Below, in pieces: positions 63,066 to 64,000 of a stretch of 64,000 nt of DNA (the first letter of the stretch is position 1; each line of letters starts with the position of its first letter). The notes under the pieces were generated by a model that saw nothing but the letters and a program-made list of their open reading frames with translations, had not been told where the DNA came from and did no database searches. The DNA lies in the NCBI RefSeq assembly GCF_009914755.1, contig NC_060940.1, one strand, 5' to 3'. The DNA comes from the human T2T-CHM13v2.0 reference genome, Homo sapiens. The position numbers were made by a program, and so were the translations under genes.

Positions 63066-63584
63066 AGGAAACTGTAGGGTCAGGCACCGATCAAATGCAT
63101 CCACTGGGCTGAAAGCCTCAGGCAGAAGGAGCTCTGTCTGTGTGACTCTTGTGCCTTGGATAGTGCTTGGTCTACAGTGAATGTGTAAATCCACAGTTGT
63201 CCTGGGTGTGCCTTCTGAACAGAAAATGGCGGGGGGGGCGGGGTGGGGGGCGGGCAGAGTGAACCCAGACGTTCCTTGCAATTTCACAGCCGCAAAGGGG
63301 AATCTGTGTTCCTGCAGCGCAGGCAGGTACACGATGCATAAGCGTCTGTGTATTCTGTGTTTACTGATTCCTAACTGTTAGCAGTTAATTGCCATCTGTT
63401 GACACACCCTGAGGGGGAATGTTAAGCAGTTCTCGACATCTGCATATATATTCTCTGCCTACATATTTTACTAACTCTTGTTTATGGGACCCATTTCCTC
63501 AAATCCATGCTACTGTGCCCCTGATTTTGTAACATACACGTACCCGGTGTCAACCTTTGGGGTTGAATGGGCAAAAATGCCCTC

Positions 63585-63725
63585 CTCAACTGTTCCCAAC
63601 ACAAAGAAATACTAAATGCTTGAGATGATGGCTACCCTAAATACCCTAATTTGATCATTACACATTATATCAAAATATCACACCTACCCCATCAATATGC
63701 ACAATGATTATGTATCAATAAAAAA
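63585..63725 (+). mobile_element. L1MA 3' end
   Basis: L1MA 3'UTR end with AATAAA and A tail; TSD aatgggcaaaaat/aatgggaaaaaat. Confidence 0.82.
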
Positions 63726-64000
63726 ATGGGAAAAAATTCCCTTTTGGGTCCGCCAGAGATGCTGACTGCAGACCGGGTCCTGCCCAGACTCGCCAGCCAC
63801 TCCATTTCCCACCCCTCCTCCACCCGCCTGCCGGGTCCTTCAGGAAGAGTGAAATGGTCCATTGACCCCTGAGGAGGAAAAGAGCATGTTCGGCCTTTTG
63901 AGAGGTTATGGACACTCTGAGTGACACCCGAGCCCAAGCCTCCAACAGCAAGTCCGGCAGCCCCGGGGTGCAGGGGCGAGGCCCGGCCTTGTCTCTGCCA

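Overview
Primate (very probably human) genomic DNA, dense in Alu, MIR, L2, MaLR/ERVL LTRs and hAT/mariner relics. There are no prokaryotic features, CRISPR arrays, rRNA or tRNA genes. One spliced minus-strand ORF can be built with canonical splice sites: complement(join(19057..19301,22680..22806,35465..35494)), 402 nt, 133 aa ([18 protein letters not shown]...RQLHR-VLRGQW...SVKWN). I recognise it from memory as C16orf47, which would place the window at 16q22.3 in the far 5' part of the ZFHX3 locus (not database-verified). Its middle exon is an exonised antisense MIR. The most unusual sequence-level signals are templated-insertion scars inside Alus at 45.6 kb and 52.5 kb, with further rearranged repeat junctions across 44-62 kb. 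Also notable are two MADE1 elements each split by an Alu, a near-consensus AluYc-type insertion, and two motif-dense candidate regulatory elements (37.0 kb and 44.4-44.7 kb). Most ORFs in the supplied track are repeat or low-complexity artefacts. Repeat subfamily names and boundaries are by eye and approximate.
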